NCBI GenBank assembly: GCA_963789265.1 | Contig: CAWBKB010000003.1 | Location: 416,001-480,000 of the forward strand | Direction: 5' to 3' | Origin: an uncultured delta proteobacterium | Lineage (GTDB): Bacteria; Desulfobacterota; Desulfomonilia; Desulfomonilales; Desulfomonilaceae | DNA length: 64,000 nucleotides | Shown here: in pieces, positions 9,313 through 21,309 of the stretch | Layout of the letters: the number at the start of each line of letters is the position of its first letter | How positions within the stretch are numbered: the first letter of the stretch is position 1 | The notes under the pieces: generated by a model | What the model was told of the DNA's origin: nothing | The model's database searches: none | Seen by the model: the letters and a program-made list of their open reading frames with translations, nothing else | Translations under genes and position numbers: made by a program

Positions 9313-10691
9313 GAGGATATGCGAAAGCTTTGTTGCAGAGGCGAGTCCCCGCACCTGTGCTCAAATGGATTCAGCTCTTTGCTGATAGTCTGCCGCCGTC
9401 CGTAAGATACGGTCAGCCGTACAGGGATGCAGTCTCTCTGTTGAGCGGGAGTGAGACGTGGGATAAGCAGGCCCTGGCCGCATATCAGGAGAAGCGCCTC
9501 CGCATTCTGATCGACCATTGCTATGCCAATGTCCCCTATTACCGTGAGGTTTTTCAGCAACATGGCTACACGCCAAAAGACATCAGCACAATAGACGATC
9601 TGCAAAAGTTGCCTTTTCTAACCAAGGAAATTGTAAGAAGGCGGAAAAAAGACCTGCTCGCGACAAACATTTCGGTTCTGAACAGGGAGGAGGCCTACAC
9701 CAGCGGGAGCACCGGCGCCCCGCTCACCTTTTGCATGGACCAAACCACTAGGCCCATGGAAAGAGCCCTGGCCCATCGACATCTCTCGTGGCTGGGGTAT
9801 GAGGAAGGGGATAGATTAGCAAATTTCAAGGTTGCCCCTCTGGCCGATCCGAAGAGGTTCTATCGGTATTTTCGTGCGCGGGACGAGTTGAGGATTTCGT
9901 TTCTAGATATGGATGAGGAGCGCATCAGGAAGATGGTGGACCTGTTGGAAGAGTTCAAACCCGACTTCATTAGTGCGTGGCCGTCGTCGCTATATATACT
10001 GGCTCGGTGGATGGAAAGAAACAAAAGGACCATTCCACCTCCGAAATTCCTAGTAACCGGCTCGGAAAATCTGTATCCTCATATTACCGACCGAATAGAG
10101 GCGGTTTTCAAAGCGCCCGTGTCCGACTTTTACGGGCAGGAAGAATCGGTTGCCAGCGCCATTCAGTGTAATGTGTCACAGGGGTACCATATTCAGATGG
10201 AGACAGGTATAGTTGAGCTCGTTCCGTACAGAGAAGGGATGTCTGAGATAGTCGGAACAGGGCTTCACAATATGGCAATGCCCTTCATAAGGTACAAAAC
10301 TGGGGATCTGGCGCCGAACGGCTACGGCACCTGTTCCTGCGGAAGGAGCCACCCCACAATCCAGGGCATAATAGGCCGAGAAACTGATTTCATAGTCACA
10401 CCTGAAAGAAACGTTGTCTCGCCTCTGCTGCTGAATCACCCGTTTCACCATCTTGAAGAGATCAAGGAAGGTCAAATCGTTCAGGAAGATATCCAGACAC
10501 TTAGAATAAAAATAGTCCCTTGGGAGCAAGTCTCCGAGGATACCAGGGAGCGGCTAAGAAGCAATGTCGAGAACTGCCTGCCTTCCTCCACAATGAAGGT
10601 AATTATCGAAGAAGTGGGAGATATCCCTCGCACGGGTTGCTGCAAGAAACCTTTTATCGTATCTCGTATCCGCATCGAAGATTACTTGTAG
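9309..10691 (+). CDS. Phenylacetate-CoA ligase family (CapK-like) adenylate-forming protein
   Basis: TSGSTG, YGQEE and RYKTGD motifs; ATGA overlap with the flippase. Confidence 0.88.
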   Translation: MRGYAKALLQRRVPAPVLKWIQLFADSLPPSVRYGQPYRDAVSLLSGSETWDKQALAAYQEKRLRILIDHCYANVPYYREVFQQHGYTPKDISTIDDLQKLPFLTKEIVRRRKKDLLATNISVLNREEAYTSGSTGAPLTFCMDQTTRPMERALAHRHLSWLGYEEGDRLANFKVAPLADPKRFYRYFRARDELRISFLDMDEERIRKMVDLLEEFKPDFISAWPSSLYILARWMERNKRTIPPPKFLVTGSENLYPHITDRIEAVFKAPVSDFYGQEESVASAIQCNVSQGYHIQMETGIVELVPYREGMSEIVGTGLHNMAMPFIRYKTGDLAPNGYGTCSCGRSHPTIQGIIGRETDFIVTPERNVVSPLLLNHPFHHLEEIKEGQIVQEDIQTLRIKIVPWEQVSEDTRERLRSNVENCLPSSTMKVIIEEVGDIPRTGCCKKPFIVSRIRIEDYL

Positions 10692-10704
10692 AGGGAGGAT
10701 CGGC

Positions 10705-11811
10705 ATGAAGGACGTTCTTGTAGTGGGTCCAGTTCCCCCCCCTTATGGAGGTATAGCTTCAGTGCTGGAAGATATAGTCAACTCGGATCTCGCGAAGGAT
10801 TATGTTTTCGAAGTTTTTGACAGATCCGCCACGTTCCCGCCGGAAGCGCATGGGTTGATACGGAAGAACCTCTTCAGGGCGAAGCGGTTTATCCGATTCT
10901 TCAAAAAGATGAAGACCGGTAAGTACCACTTTGTTCATATTCATTCCCCGGATCCTGTCTTTTTGGGAACCACAATCTTCATGTTGCTTTCCCGTTTGGC
11001 CGGCGGAAAGATACTGCTTCATGTTCATGGGACGGATTGGGATCGTTTCTACACACGGGTTTCGCTTTTCAGGAAGTTCTATACAAGGATAGGGCTCGCC
11101 TTGCCCTCCAAGATCGTCGTGCTCTATCAGTTGTGGGTTGACAATGTTAAGAAACTGAGTCCGGACGCGGATGTTCGTATACTCCGGAATCTCGTCCATA
11201 CGCAGGGCCCTCCGGATCCGCATGAGATTGAGAGTGTGAGGCATAGCTTGGGCCTGACGATGGACAATTTCGCGGTAATTACAGTGGGGAGCGTGGGTTG
11301 GAGAAAGGGGAGCTTTGAAATTCTGAAGGCGGTACCGAAGGTCGTTTCAAAAGATGATTCTATAAGATTCATTTTGCTGGGAGGTGAAGAGGAGCCCGGC
11401 GAGATGGCACAGCTTACGGCCATAGTCAAAGCCGAAAAACTCGAGCCGTGGGTGCGCTTGACCGGTGAGTTGGAGCGAGAAAAAGTTCCATCCTTTTTAG
11501 GGCTTGCAGATGTATTTCTACTCCCTTCTTTCAAAGAAGGTATGCCGGTGACCATAATCGAAGCCATGCGCAGTGGGCTACCCATAATTTCGACGCGGGT
11601 GGCCGGAATTCCGGACATGATAGAGGATGGAGCTTCAGGATTGCTGATCAATCCCGGCTCGCCAGAGGAAATAGCCGAAGCTGTCCTCCGGCTGAAAAGT
11701 GACAAAGCTCTTCGCGTCAAGCTGGAGGCTGCCGCAAAGGCAACATTTGAGGAGAAATTCGAGTTTGCAAGGGGAATTGAACAAATAAGGGCTCTTTACA
11801 TGAGCATATAG
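10705..11811 (+). CDS. Glycosyltransferase family 4
   Basis: PPPYGG, RKG and EGMPVTIIEAM motifs. Confidence 0.92.
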   Translation: MKDVLVVGPVPPPYGGIASVLEDIVNSDLAKDYVFEVFDRSATFPPEAHGLIRKNLFRAKRFIRFFKKMKTGKYHFVHIHSPDPVFLGTTIFMLLSRLAGGKILLHVHGTDWDRFYTRVSLFRKFYTRIGLALPSKIVVLYQLWVDNVKKLSPDADVRILRNLVHTQGPPDPHEIESVRHSLGLTMDNFAVITVGSVGWRKGSFEILKAVPKVVSKDDSIRFILLGGEEEPGEMAQLTAIVKAEKLEPWVRLTGELEREKVPSFLGLADVFLLPSFKEGMPVTIIEAMRSGLPIISTRVAGIPDMIEDGASGLLINPGSPEEIAEAVLRLKSDKALRVKLEAAAKATFEEKFEFARGIEQIRALYMSI

Positions 11812-11852
11812 TCCAGGGTTCGCAGCCTACAACGGTGTATTGCAGAACCTAC

Positions 11853-13166
11853 CTAATCTGCGCTCCGCTTGGGCCTCTCCAGGAATGAAAATAGACCGCA
11901 CCCCGCCATGAGAGCTACTATGGGCATCACAGGGTGCCTTAATCGGCTGTATCCTACTCCGCCTGCCGCGGCCACCAAGATCAGGTAAGCGGCCACCACG
12001 AGGAGAATCATGAACTGCGTCCCATTTGACCATCGCCTGGATAAGACCCCGATAAATGCCAGTAGCCAGTACATCGAAAGCACAACAAACAGAGGCAGCT
12101 TTAAAATCCATTTGAGCCTCGCCCCTTTCGAAGAATCCGGATCGATTTTGGCCATCTGTAACAGCTCGGTGGCTCCTGTTTCCCGCAAAGTCGTCATCGC
12201 AGTTTGAGCAAAGAGCTTGAAGAAGGTCCAGGGGTTATCCTTGACCAACTTGATCCCCTCTCGGCCACGATAACGATATATTGCGTTTCGACTCCAAGTC
12301 CGCTGTTCGGGGTGGAGTGTAAAATAGATTGCCGGCTCACCGTATCCCATATTCTTTCGCTGCTCGGGAGGCTCTATCCCGTTCTTTTTGGCAAGAATTT
12401 CCCCGCCGACGTAGAAGTAGAGGTTTTGGTCCGAGATGGCGGAAAAGCCGGAGTACCCTGTCTCGATTTTATTGCGTGCCTGCCATACGATAATGAGACC
12501 CATAGAAATTATGAAGAATGCGGCTGTATGAAGGAGCAATTTCCGATCCACTGTTCGTCTCAGAAACGTCCAGGACACAAGTGCAAAGACGATGAGGCAG
12601 GGAATAAAGTAGGAAATAGGTCGTACGTAAGTTGTGGCGGCCACTGCAGCGGCCGACAGGACTATATCGGATAGAGCGTGGGTCTTCAGATACTTGAGCA
12701 GAAAATAGAGAAAGATCAAGAAAAGAGTTGCGTACAAGGTTTCACTGTAAAGCATGCTGGCATACATAATCGAAAGCGGTTCGACCGCATAGAGGGCCGC
12801 AGACAGAATCGCGATTTCGCGTCTGTCGAACAAAAGAATCCCGATTCGGTAGACCAGAAACACACTGAAACAGCTCAAGATAATCTGTATCGCGATGGTG
12901 ACGGGTCCAATACTTCGGAACAGTATCCCAGGTATGAATAATATCGAGTAGCCGGGCGTGCGCTCGATTTCAGGCTGCCCGTTGGCCACGTACCGGCCGG
13001 ACGCTATGAGGCTCTCGGCCGGCGCTACATATTCCATCGTATCATTGTTATAAAAAACCTTTATATCCTTGCTCAGGCCAAACACGATGAGAGGAAAGGC
13101 CAAGCGCAGAACAAAGGCCACGATAATTACACCCAACATCCGCGCTTGGTAATTTGCCGTAATCAC
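11853..13166 (-). CDS. GT-C (ArnT/PMT_2-like, GT39/83) membrane glycosyltransferase
   Basis: D...Y, RTPGY, SETL and RP motifs in a multi-TM protein. Confidence 0.8.
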   Translation of the reverse strand: MITANYQARMLGVIIVAFVLRLAFPLIVFGLSKDIKVFYNNDTMEYVAPAESLIASGRYVANGQPEIERTPGYSILFIPGILFRSIGPVTIAIQIILSCFSVFLVYRIGILLFDRREIAILSAALYAVEPLSIMYASMLYSETLYATLFLIFLYFLLKYLKTHALSDIVLSAAAVAATTYVRPISYFIPCLIVFALVSWTFLRRTVDRKLLLHTAAFFIISMGLIIVWQARNKIETGYSGFSAISDQNLYFYVGGEILAKKNGIEPPEQRKNMGYGEPAIYFTLHPEQRTWSRNAIYRYRGREGIKLVKDNPWTFFKLFAQTAMTTLRETGATELLQMAKIDPDSSKGARLKWILKLPLFVVLSMYWLLAFIGVLSRRWSNGTQFMILLVVAAYLILVAAAGGVGYSRLRHPVMPIVALMAGCGLFSFLERPKRSAD

Positions 13167-13250
13167 CGCACCCGATCCTTAATTGCACTTGCCGTATCCT
13201 GGCTCATATAGGGATTCTAGAAAGCAATAACGGAAGAAGGAAATGAATTG

Positions 13251-13308
13251 GTGGCGACGGGCATCTTGCCCGTCATTTCCAATTAACAGGCTGGAAGCCT
13301 GTCCCACT
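13251..13308. repeat. REP-like element
   Basis: GTGGCGACGGGCATCTTGCCCGTC ... ACAGGCTGGAAGCCTGTCCCAC paired short palindromes; a related element lies at ~7707-7784. Confidence 0.6.
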
Positions 13309-13364
13309 GATCTATATTAGGTACTAACATGTATAACGCATAACGGCAATTCTTTCGAGAACCA

Positions 13365-14480
13365 CTATATCGAGCCGCGTCCGCGCCGACGATCAACCAG
13401 AGACCGGACCAGTTCCGCGTACGCATCCCCGATCTTTTGCCACGAGAAGTTTTCCTCAGCCATAAGTCTGGCCCGATTTCCCATCTCTGCGAGAGTTCCG
13501 TGAGACACCTTTGCCACTTCTTCCATAGTTGCCGCCATCGCTTCAGGCGACGGATCCGAAACAAAGCCACACTGGTATTTCCGCACGAAATTCGCGGTTT
13601 CGTCTACGTCGTTGACCATGATTGGCCTGCCCAGTGCCGCATATTCGGCGAACTTTGTCGGAAAGGCGTGACGGAGAGCCGGATGGTTGATCCTGGGTAT
13701 GATGAAGACGGCAACAGATCTCATCATATTTGTGAGCGCCACTCTGTCCAGTCGATCGACCAGTTTCACCCTACTTCCGAACTTTTCTGCAAACTGTTGT
13801 TTGAGAGCTAGATCGCTTTCGGTGAAACCCACCACGAGCAGGCGGTTATTCGGATTTTTGACCCTCTCGAATGCTTCGATGAGGTTGTCTATGTTTTGCC
13901 AGGTCTGAAACGCGCCGGCATAAGCAAAGGTGAACTCGGGTTGTTCCGGAAAAGGCAGTTGCCTAAACAGGTCCAAATCGACTCCGTTGCGTATGATTCC
14001 CACCTGATCCCGAAGCAAGCCTTCCCGTACAAGTGCTTCGGTGTGAGGTTGACACACTGTAATCACATAATCGGCGCAAGCAATTGCCATACGTGAGACA
14101 ATTTTCACCCTTAATGACGCGCTTGTGATGCGGCCCGAGGAACGAACCTGCCTTTCCAGAGCCGACTGGGCAACGGGATCGCCGTGAATATCGTGTATAA
14201 TAGGTCCGTTAACGAACGGCCTGCAAAAGAACAAAGCCTGGCCCGCGCCTTCGGCTCCCGTATAGATGAAATCGTATTTGCGGAGGGTTCTGAGCCAAAA
14301 AGGCATGAAAAAAGACGCACTAGTCTGTTTATGCAGAGGAAAGTTGTCTTTCATATAGAAGAAGTCGCAGTCGATGGATCGCTTCACCAGACACTTCGCC
14401 AGGTTCTCCACTCGGTGAGTGTATGCGGAAGTATCTTTCGAATCTGCCTGAGAAATAACTATTCCTCTTAGATTCATCAC
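13365..14480 (-). CDS. Glycosyltransferase family 4
   Basis: IRNGVD and PTKFAEYAALGRP motifs. Confidence 0.88.
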   Translation of the reverse strand: MMNLRGIVISQADSKDTSAYTHRVENLAKCLVKRSIDCDFFYMKDNFPLHKQTSASFFMPFWLRTLRKYDFIYTGAEGAGQALFFCRPFVNGPIIHDIHGDPVAQSALERQVRSSGRITSASLRVKIVSRMAIACADYVITVCQPHTEALVREGLLRDQVGIIRNGVDLDLFRQLPFPEQPEFTFAYAGAFQTWQNIDNLIEAFERVKNPNNRLLVVGFTESDLALKQQFAEKFGSRVKLVDRLDRVALTNMMRSVAVFIIPRINHPALRHAFPTKFAEYAALGRPIMVNDVDETANFVRKYQCGFVSDPSPEAMAATMEEVAKVSHGTLAEMGNRARLMAEENFSWQKIGDAYAELVRSLVDRRRGRGSI

Positions 14481-14694
14481 CGATCCTTACTCATTGTCCA
14501 CAATTATATGACAGTCCAGTTTTGCCCCTCCTGAATTTCATCACCGGGGGAAGCCAATTAAATTCCAATATTATCCCGACAACATTCCGACTGTGGCAAT
14601 CAATGGCAACATTTATCGCGAGACTTTTATCCCTCTAATTTCCTAAGAATAATAGGCTCTCGCTAACTCGTCAATCGTCTACCTGGACCTGGGA

Positions 14695-15124
14695 TCATTT
14701 GATGGAATAGCCTGCGACTCTACATTTCCCGTCTTTATCCAACATTGGCGTAACGGTCTCTACTGCATCTTTCTTGTTTTCGAAGGATGTTTTGTATTGG
14801 ATTACAACTGTACTGGCCGTCCGGTGCGCCCGGCAGACTCGTGGTGAACTTTTTCATGGTCAATTCCCTTGACAAGACCTTGCCAAGAGGCTGCCTGACT
14901 GCCTTTAGGGCGCTTTCCCACTTCTCCTTGCTTAGTGCCTTCCTGAAATAGTCTGCAGCCTGATCCCAGCTCTCCCCATACTTCCCGGAATCAACCAATG
15001 CCAGCCATGCTTTTGAAGCAGCAACCGCGGCTTCTTCCTGCACCTGATCCGCTTTCAGGGACAGAGGCAGGGTGAGCAATAAGCTGACCGCCAGCGCCCC
15101 GACCATCTTCTTGACTGACCTCAT
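14695..15124 (-). CDS. DUF4019-family secreted protein, +1 frameshift near 14810
   Basis: [15 protein letters not shown] and LPGAPDGQY; shifted frame continues [27 protein letters not shown]...GYSIK to a stop at 14695. Confidence 0.85.
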
Positions 15125-15244
15125 GGAATTCTCCTTATTTTGTACGGATATTACCTAATACGATGTCACTAATGCCTAGTAGTTTAACCACTCGCGCACT
15201 TGTCCCCCATTGTACTCTTCCAGGCTCGGGCAAGTATTGAGCCT

Positions 15245-15478
15245 TTATCGACACAGGGACCTGCATAGGTCTGTTCTGTCCGGGTCCCAATGTCCCACAA
15301 TCATACAATCATTGAAGCATTTTTCAAAATCTCTAGTTTGTTTGCTCTGGTGAGCATCGGCTTCCTCGTGACCTCTGGATCCAGCTTTCCAACTGTTCAG
15401 CAGAGTGAATGCCAGAACAGTGAAGCCGCCCACTCCGGCGACGAGTAATACCAGAACTATGATGAGGCTGTAATCCAT
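15245..15478 (-). CDS. Small membrane-anchored protein with twin CX3C motif
   Basis: AGGAG RBS; N-terminal TM helix; CFNDC...CRSLC. Confidence 0.75.
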   Translation of the reverse strand: MDYSLIIVLVLLVAGVGGFTVLAFTLLNSWKAGSRGHEEADAHQSKQTRDFEKCFNDCMIVGHWDPDRTDLCRSLCR

Positions 15479-15885
15479 GATTTTCTCCTTTTTCTCGCGT
15501 CCGTCCTCATTAGCGTTAGATGCAGGAATGAGCCCCAGGATTTTTTTATAAATGATAACAGGCTGGAAACTTGGGTTGACTAGAATAACCAGGTTGTGGC
15601 TGAGCTTCTGCCAACATTAAAATAATGGGCTGATTTTATCGGGAGAAAGCGAACTACAGGCTAAGCATTGAGAAAGAGGGCTGTTTGTCAACGAGTCACG
15701 AGAGCGGTCCCACTGCAAAGAAATTTTGTTTTTAAGGCCCGCTCGACAGACTCTTGTACGAGTCGAAAGACCGCGCAAGAATAGAGCCACAGGTGCACGC
15801 CGTGGCTCTTTCTTTCAGCACGAATGGTTGATAGATTCTCGATGAGAGCAAGGACACCTAATATCGCGGGTTTTAGCCAATTTGC

Positions 15886-16353
15886 CTACTTGTAATACCC
15901 TACACCCACATAAATGTTGTACCCCGGGATCCGCTTAACATAAGTCCGCTTCAGGAATTCGCCTTGTTGCCCGGGTTTTGCCCACCAATAATCTACCCAA
16001 CCGGAACCCCGTTCCTCTACGATTTTCTGGAACTCTTGGAACAGGAGGCTTCCTTTGGTATCCCGGAGATGCTCCACGCTCCTACCTACAAGGTCGTGTC
16101 TGTACGGATGAGCCAACATCACGTTTTTCATCGAGCACGCAAAAACATACAGCTCTTTATCAATGAAAGGCCCTTTTGATACCGAGAATACCTTGAGGGC
16201 ATAATCAACCCCCTTTTCCCGGATGAATGCGTCGGCCTTTTCAACCATTGCCACGCAATCTGCGGGCCTGTGCGATACAAACGCATGGACCGGAACAGTG
16301 CCTATTGCGACAAGGGCGAACAGGATGAACAGTTTGACTTCGCGTGCTTTCAT
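15886..16353 (-). CDS. Stand-alone secreted single Cache (sCache_2-like) domain protein
   Basis: YVF, LAHP, D.KG, GSGWVDYWWAKPG, K.TYV and VGVGYY motifs; signal peptide; AGGAG RBS before ATG 16353. Confidence 0.88.
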   Translation of the reverse strand: MKAREVKLFILFALVAIGTVPVHAFVSHRPADCVAMVEKADAFIREKGVDYALKVFSVSKGPFIDKELYVFACSMKNVMLAHPYRHDLVGRSVEHLRDTKGSLLFQEFQKIVEERGSGWVDYWWAKPGQQGEFLKRTYVKRIPGYNIYVGVGYYK

Positions 16354-16715
16354 TTTTCGACTCCTTTCTTCCCTCTCGGGATTAGTTTGAATGGCGCAGC
16401 ATTGTCTTACTGCTCCACTATTCGGGAAGAATGAAACGATCGTTAGTTTTGAAATAATTTGGTGTGGAAGAAAATTCAGTTCCATGAAGCTCGGTACAGG
16501 CGATCAGCGGTTGCCATGGGCGAAGTCCTTCCGCCCCTGCGAATCGGTAATCGCCCGCATGACGGCCGGTTTTCTCCACGATGACCGGCTAAAAGTTATT
16601 TATTCCGTTTGGTTGATGAAATCGGACGGATGTTCTTGAATCTTTTTAAGCGATCGCGCATCCGCTGTTTATAGAGAATAATCTCGACTTATTGGGATTC
16701 ATGAAGGAGACCAAA

Positions 16716-16926
16716 ATGGCGATAGAATCAATTTTTGCCATAGTGCTGCTGGTGTTGGCCGTATTACTCTTCGGGACGGTTTCTCCTGGTAAGGAACAGG
16801 CGGAAGGGAATTATAGAGTCCGAGGTTGGATTCAAGGACTGTTACGATCTTTGCCTGAACGACCCCGAACAGGCAGAAGCCTCGCGTTCCTGTAAGACCA
16901 TGTGCATGTCCTACGGCGGAGCATAG
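16716..16926 (+). CDS. Small membrane-anchored protein with twin CX3C motif, +1 frameshift in GGG at ~16774
   Basis: AAGGAG RBS; removing one G gives MAIESIFAIVLLVLAVLLFGRFLLVRNRRKGIIESEVGFKDCYDLCLNDPEQAEASRSCKTMCMSYGGA. Confidence 0.68.
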
Positions 16927-17067
16927 GCGGAATTGGAGGAGGGCAGCCCGAAGACGTGGATACGGCTTTGCTTTTAAACACGCAAGAAGGGGGAGGCCTC
17001 TCCGATCTGAAGGGCCTCCCGATTTTAGCAATGAGTTCGAACTGGAAGCGGTGAACGTGTGTCACGA

Positions 17068-18807
<1,740 letters not shown>

Positions 18808-18890
18808 CTTCAGTTGATCCGAGGCCATGACTCCAATTCCTTTCGTAACAATGATTCATAATGCAAAACATGAATCATAACAATATAATC

Positions 18891-19043
18891 TCACACCGGC
18901 TCAAGATAAACCTCGATAGCCTCGTGAATATGCCTGAGGGCTTCTTCCTCGGTTTCGCCTTCGCTGATGCAACCGGGCAGCGAAGGAACATGGACCGCAA
19001 AGCCACTTTCTTCGCTTGGCTCCGAAACTACCTTAAGACGCAT
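18891..19043 (-). CDS. HicB-family antitoxin, short (50 aa), possibly truncated; absent from ORF track
   Basis: MRLKVVSEPSEESGFAVHVPSLPGCISEGETEEEALRHIHEAIEVYLEPV; AGGAG RBS. Confidence 0.8.
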   Translation of the reverse strand: MRLKVVSEPSEESGFAVHVPSLPGCISEGETEEEALRHIHEAIEVYLEPV

Positions 19044-19225
19044 GCCTGAACTCCTCTGGTGATCACGTGCAGTGCTAATTCATACTAGAGCGCTTGATCA
19101 GAAAAGCGATATTCACTACCGACGCCGCTTTACCCCATGCAGCAGTGCTTGCCACCCGCCAGCAAGAAACGAGTAAGGTCTCTCTGGAATGTCCCCTCCC
19201 CTTGAGAGCCCAATTAACTGACAAG

Positions 19226-19588
19226 CTATATCCATGCATCCGTTGGGGCTGTCTTGTCGCCGCTGACGCCACCCGTGTTGACTGTCCCCGCTGTCTCCAC
19301 GAGCATAGCACGGCATTCACTTCCTGCCGAGGTCTTGTGTTCCACTCCCTTCGGAACGACGAACATCTCCCCATTCTTTACGGACACATCGCCATCCCGG
19401 AAGTGAATGATCATTGCTCCGTCCAGCACGATGAACACCTCATCGGTGTCTTGATGGTCGTGCCAAACGAACTCTCCCTGAAATTTGACGAGCTTGAAGT
19501 GATAGTCGTTCATCCGGGCAATGATCTTCGGGGACCAGTGCTCGGAGAACTTGGCGAATTTATCGCTGAAGTTGATTGCGGATTTCAT
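19226..19588 (-). CDS. Cupin domain protein
   Basis: [22 protein letters not shown] and VPKGVEH motifs. Confidence 0.92.
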   Translation of the reverse strand: MKSAINFSDKFAKFSEHWSPKIIARMNDYHFKLVKFQGEFVWHDHQDTDEVFIVLDGAMIIHFRDGDVSVKNGEMFVVPKGVEHKTSAGSECRAMLVETAGTVNTGGVSGDKTAPTDAWI

Positions 19589-19746
19589 GTGCCTACGTTC
19601 TCCATATCGACTAACATTATGCCGGAAAAACCTCCTTACAGAAATCCCTCCACACCTTACTGCGAAATGTCGGGCCGAACGATCGCAAGGATCTCTCATA
19701 GCGGCCAGCAATCAGGCTGAAAGGATTATCATAGTTCCGACAAACG

Positions 19747-20081
19747 TCATGGGGAGTTGCTCGTTCGCTTGACTCCTTTGTCAGGCACTTTTTGATTCGC
19801 TCTGAGCTCGCGTTTCACTTCAAAAAGGGCAATTTCCTCAAGTTCGATCCGTTCACGAATAATACGTGTAAGCCATCCTTCGAGCCCCTTTTCTCTATGG
19901 AGCTTAGCCAGAAAAGAAGCTCTCGCGGCGAGATGGGCAGGAATGGGCACAGAAGCTGCTTTGGTCTTTTCAACCTGAAGGGCTCTTCCCAAGCTGAATC
20001 GTCGCCGGCTTGTGCCTCCACGATCCTATCTATTTCTTCCTGAGAAGGTTTCATGCTCTCGGTTTTACTCTTTGTTGTCAT
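19747..20081 (-). CDS. CopG/BrnA-like antitoxin-type protein, frameshift near 19980
   Basis: EEIDRIVEAQAGDDSAWEEP joins QVEKTKAASVPIPAHLAARASFLAKLH...IIRERIELEE (ribbon-helix-helix-like) across a 1-nt indel. Confidence 0.6.
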
Positions 20082-20197
20082 ATCGGCTACCCCATAATGG
20101 AGTTTCCCCCTTCTCTCAGTATATTGCTTAAATTGTTTCACTTCACAAGTTTCCTTCTTTTTCTAAGCCTAACGGGTCTATAGAACGAGCCGCTGGC

Positions 20198-21253
20198 TTA
20201 CTCATGCGAAATCACGTTCGCCATAACCGCGTCATGAAGCGCCGGCCTGAATTGCTTGATTCGGAAATCCGCCTCCCCCATGAAGACGCGGTTGGTGAGA
20301 AGGACTAGTATCAATTCGCGCGGTACATCGATCCAGAGTGAGACGCCGGTAAAGCCGGTATGACCCACACTATCTCCGGAAAAGAGGCGGCCGCTTGACG
20401 ATCCCTCACCGGAAGGGGTATCAAAGCCCAGCGTACGTGAGGATTCCCGGCTAAACTCTGCACGCGAACAGAATTCTTGCAAGGTCTCTTTGTCAAGGAG
20501 TTTGCCGCTCCCCTTCAAACTCGAAAGAATCTCGCCTGCGAGCGCGGCCACCCCCTTGGCGGTTCCAAACAGTCCGGCATGGCCGGAGACCCCTCCGAGA
20601 GCCCTCGCGTTAAGATCGTTTACAAGACCCGGAGATTCTCCCACACGAGTCATTGCAATTCTGTCATTATTCTCAGGGCAAAACAGCAGTTCTTCGGCCA
20701 GACCGAGCGGTTCGTATATCCTCTCTCTCGAAAACTGTTCCAATTTCTTGCCGGTTTCCCTTTCAACGATGAATCCCAAGAGCATGAACCCGAGGTCCGA
20801 ATAGAGACAGCCACTACCCGGAGAATATTCCAGGGGTTCCGTCAGGATCCTGGCCGCGGTGTGGTCGGCGGTGCGGCGGTGTGCAGGCAGCAGATAGTAG
20901 GGCCTCCAGGCAGGCAGCCCCGATGCGTGGGCCAAGAGATGCCTTGGCGTAATCGAGCGCTTGTCCGGGGGCACATGAGGAAACCATCTGCCGATACCCA
21001 GATCTAGAAGGCCGGGGTTTCCGGCGGCCATGAGAATCCAGCTCGGAGTCACCGCTAGAACCTTGGTCAGAGAGGCGAGGTCAAAAAGAGTTTCGGGCTC
21101 TGTAGGGGATGTTCCCTGCTGCCCCAGAACCCCATAAGCTTGATGAAAAAGGACGTTCCAGCCCTTTGCCACAAGCAGGACCGCCGCCGTGAACATCTCT
21201 TCATGTAGAGCCCGCCTCATCTTCATGTCTGCACTGGAAAAACGCATCTGCAA
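20198..21253 (-). CDS. Serine hydrolase, beta-lactamase/class C PBP-like family
   Basis: FDLASLTK (SxxK), LLAHASG, YSDLGF, VND.NA...GGVSGHAGLF and GHTGFTG motifs. Confidence 0.92.
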   Translation of the reverse strand: MQMRFSSADMKMRRALHEEMFTAAVLLVAKGWNVLFHQAYGVLGQQGTSPTEPETLFDLASLTKVLAVTPSWILMAAGNPGLLDLGIGRWFPHVPPDKRSITPRHLLAHASGLPAWRPYYLLPAHRRTADHTAARILTEPLEYSPGSGCLYSDLGFMLLGFIVERETGKKLEQFSRERIYEPLGLAEELLFCPENNDRIAMTRVGESPGLVNDLNARALGGVSGHAGLFGTAKGVAALAGEILSSLKGSGKLLDKETLQEFCSRAEFSRESSRTLGFDTPSGEGSSSGRLFSGDSVGHTGFTGVSLWIDVPRELILVLLTNRVFMGEADFRIKQFRPALHDAVMANVISHE

Positions 21254-21309
21254 CTCTTATGGGGCGGGGGCTAAGATTTGGAAAAGTCGTAGCCGGTAAT
21301 CAAGTGAAT

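Noticed and set aside
16495..16612. Possible stems (GGCGAT/ATCGCC, GCCGGT/ACCGGC) between the Cache and CX3C genes
   Set aside because: Short stems expected at this GC content; no recognisable motif.
18891..18893. TGA ending the short HicB as a possible Sec codon
   Set aside because: Not a Cys-equivalent position and no SECIS-like hairpin follows.
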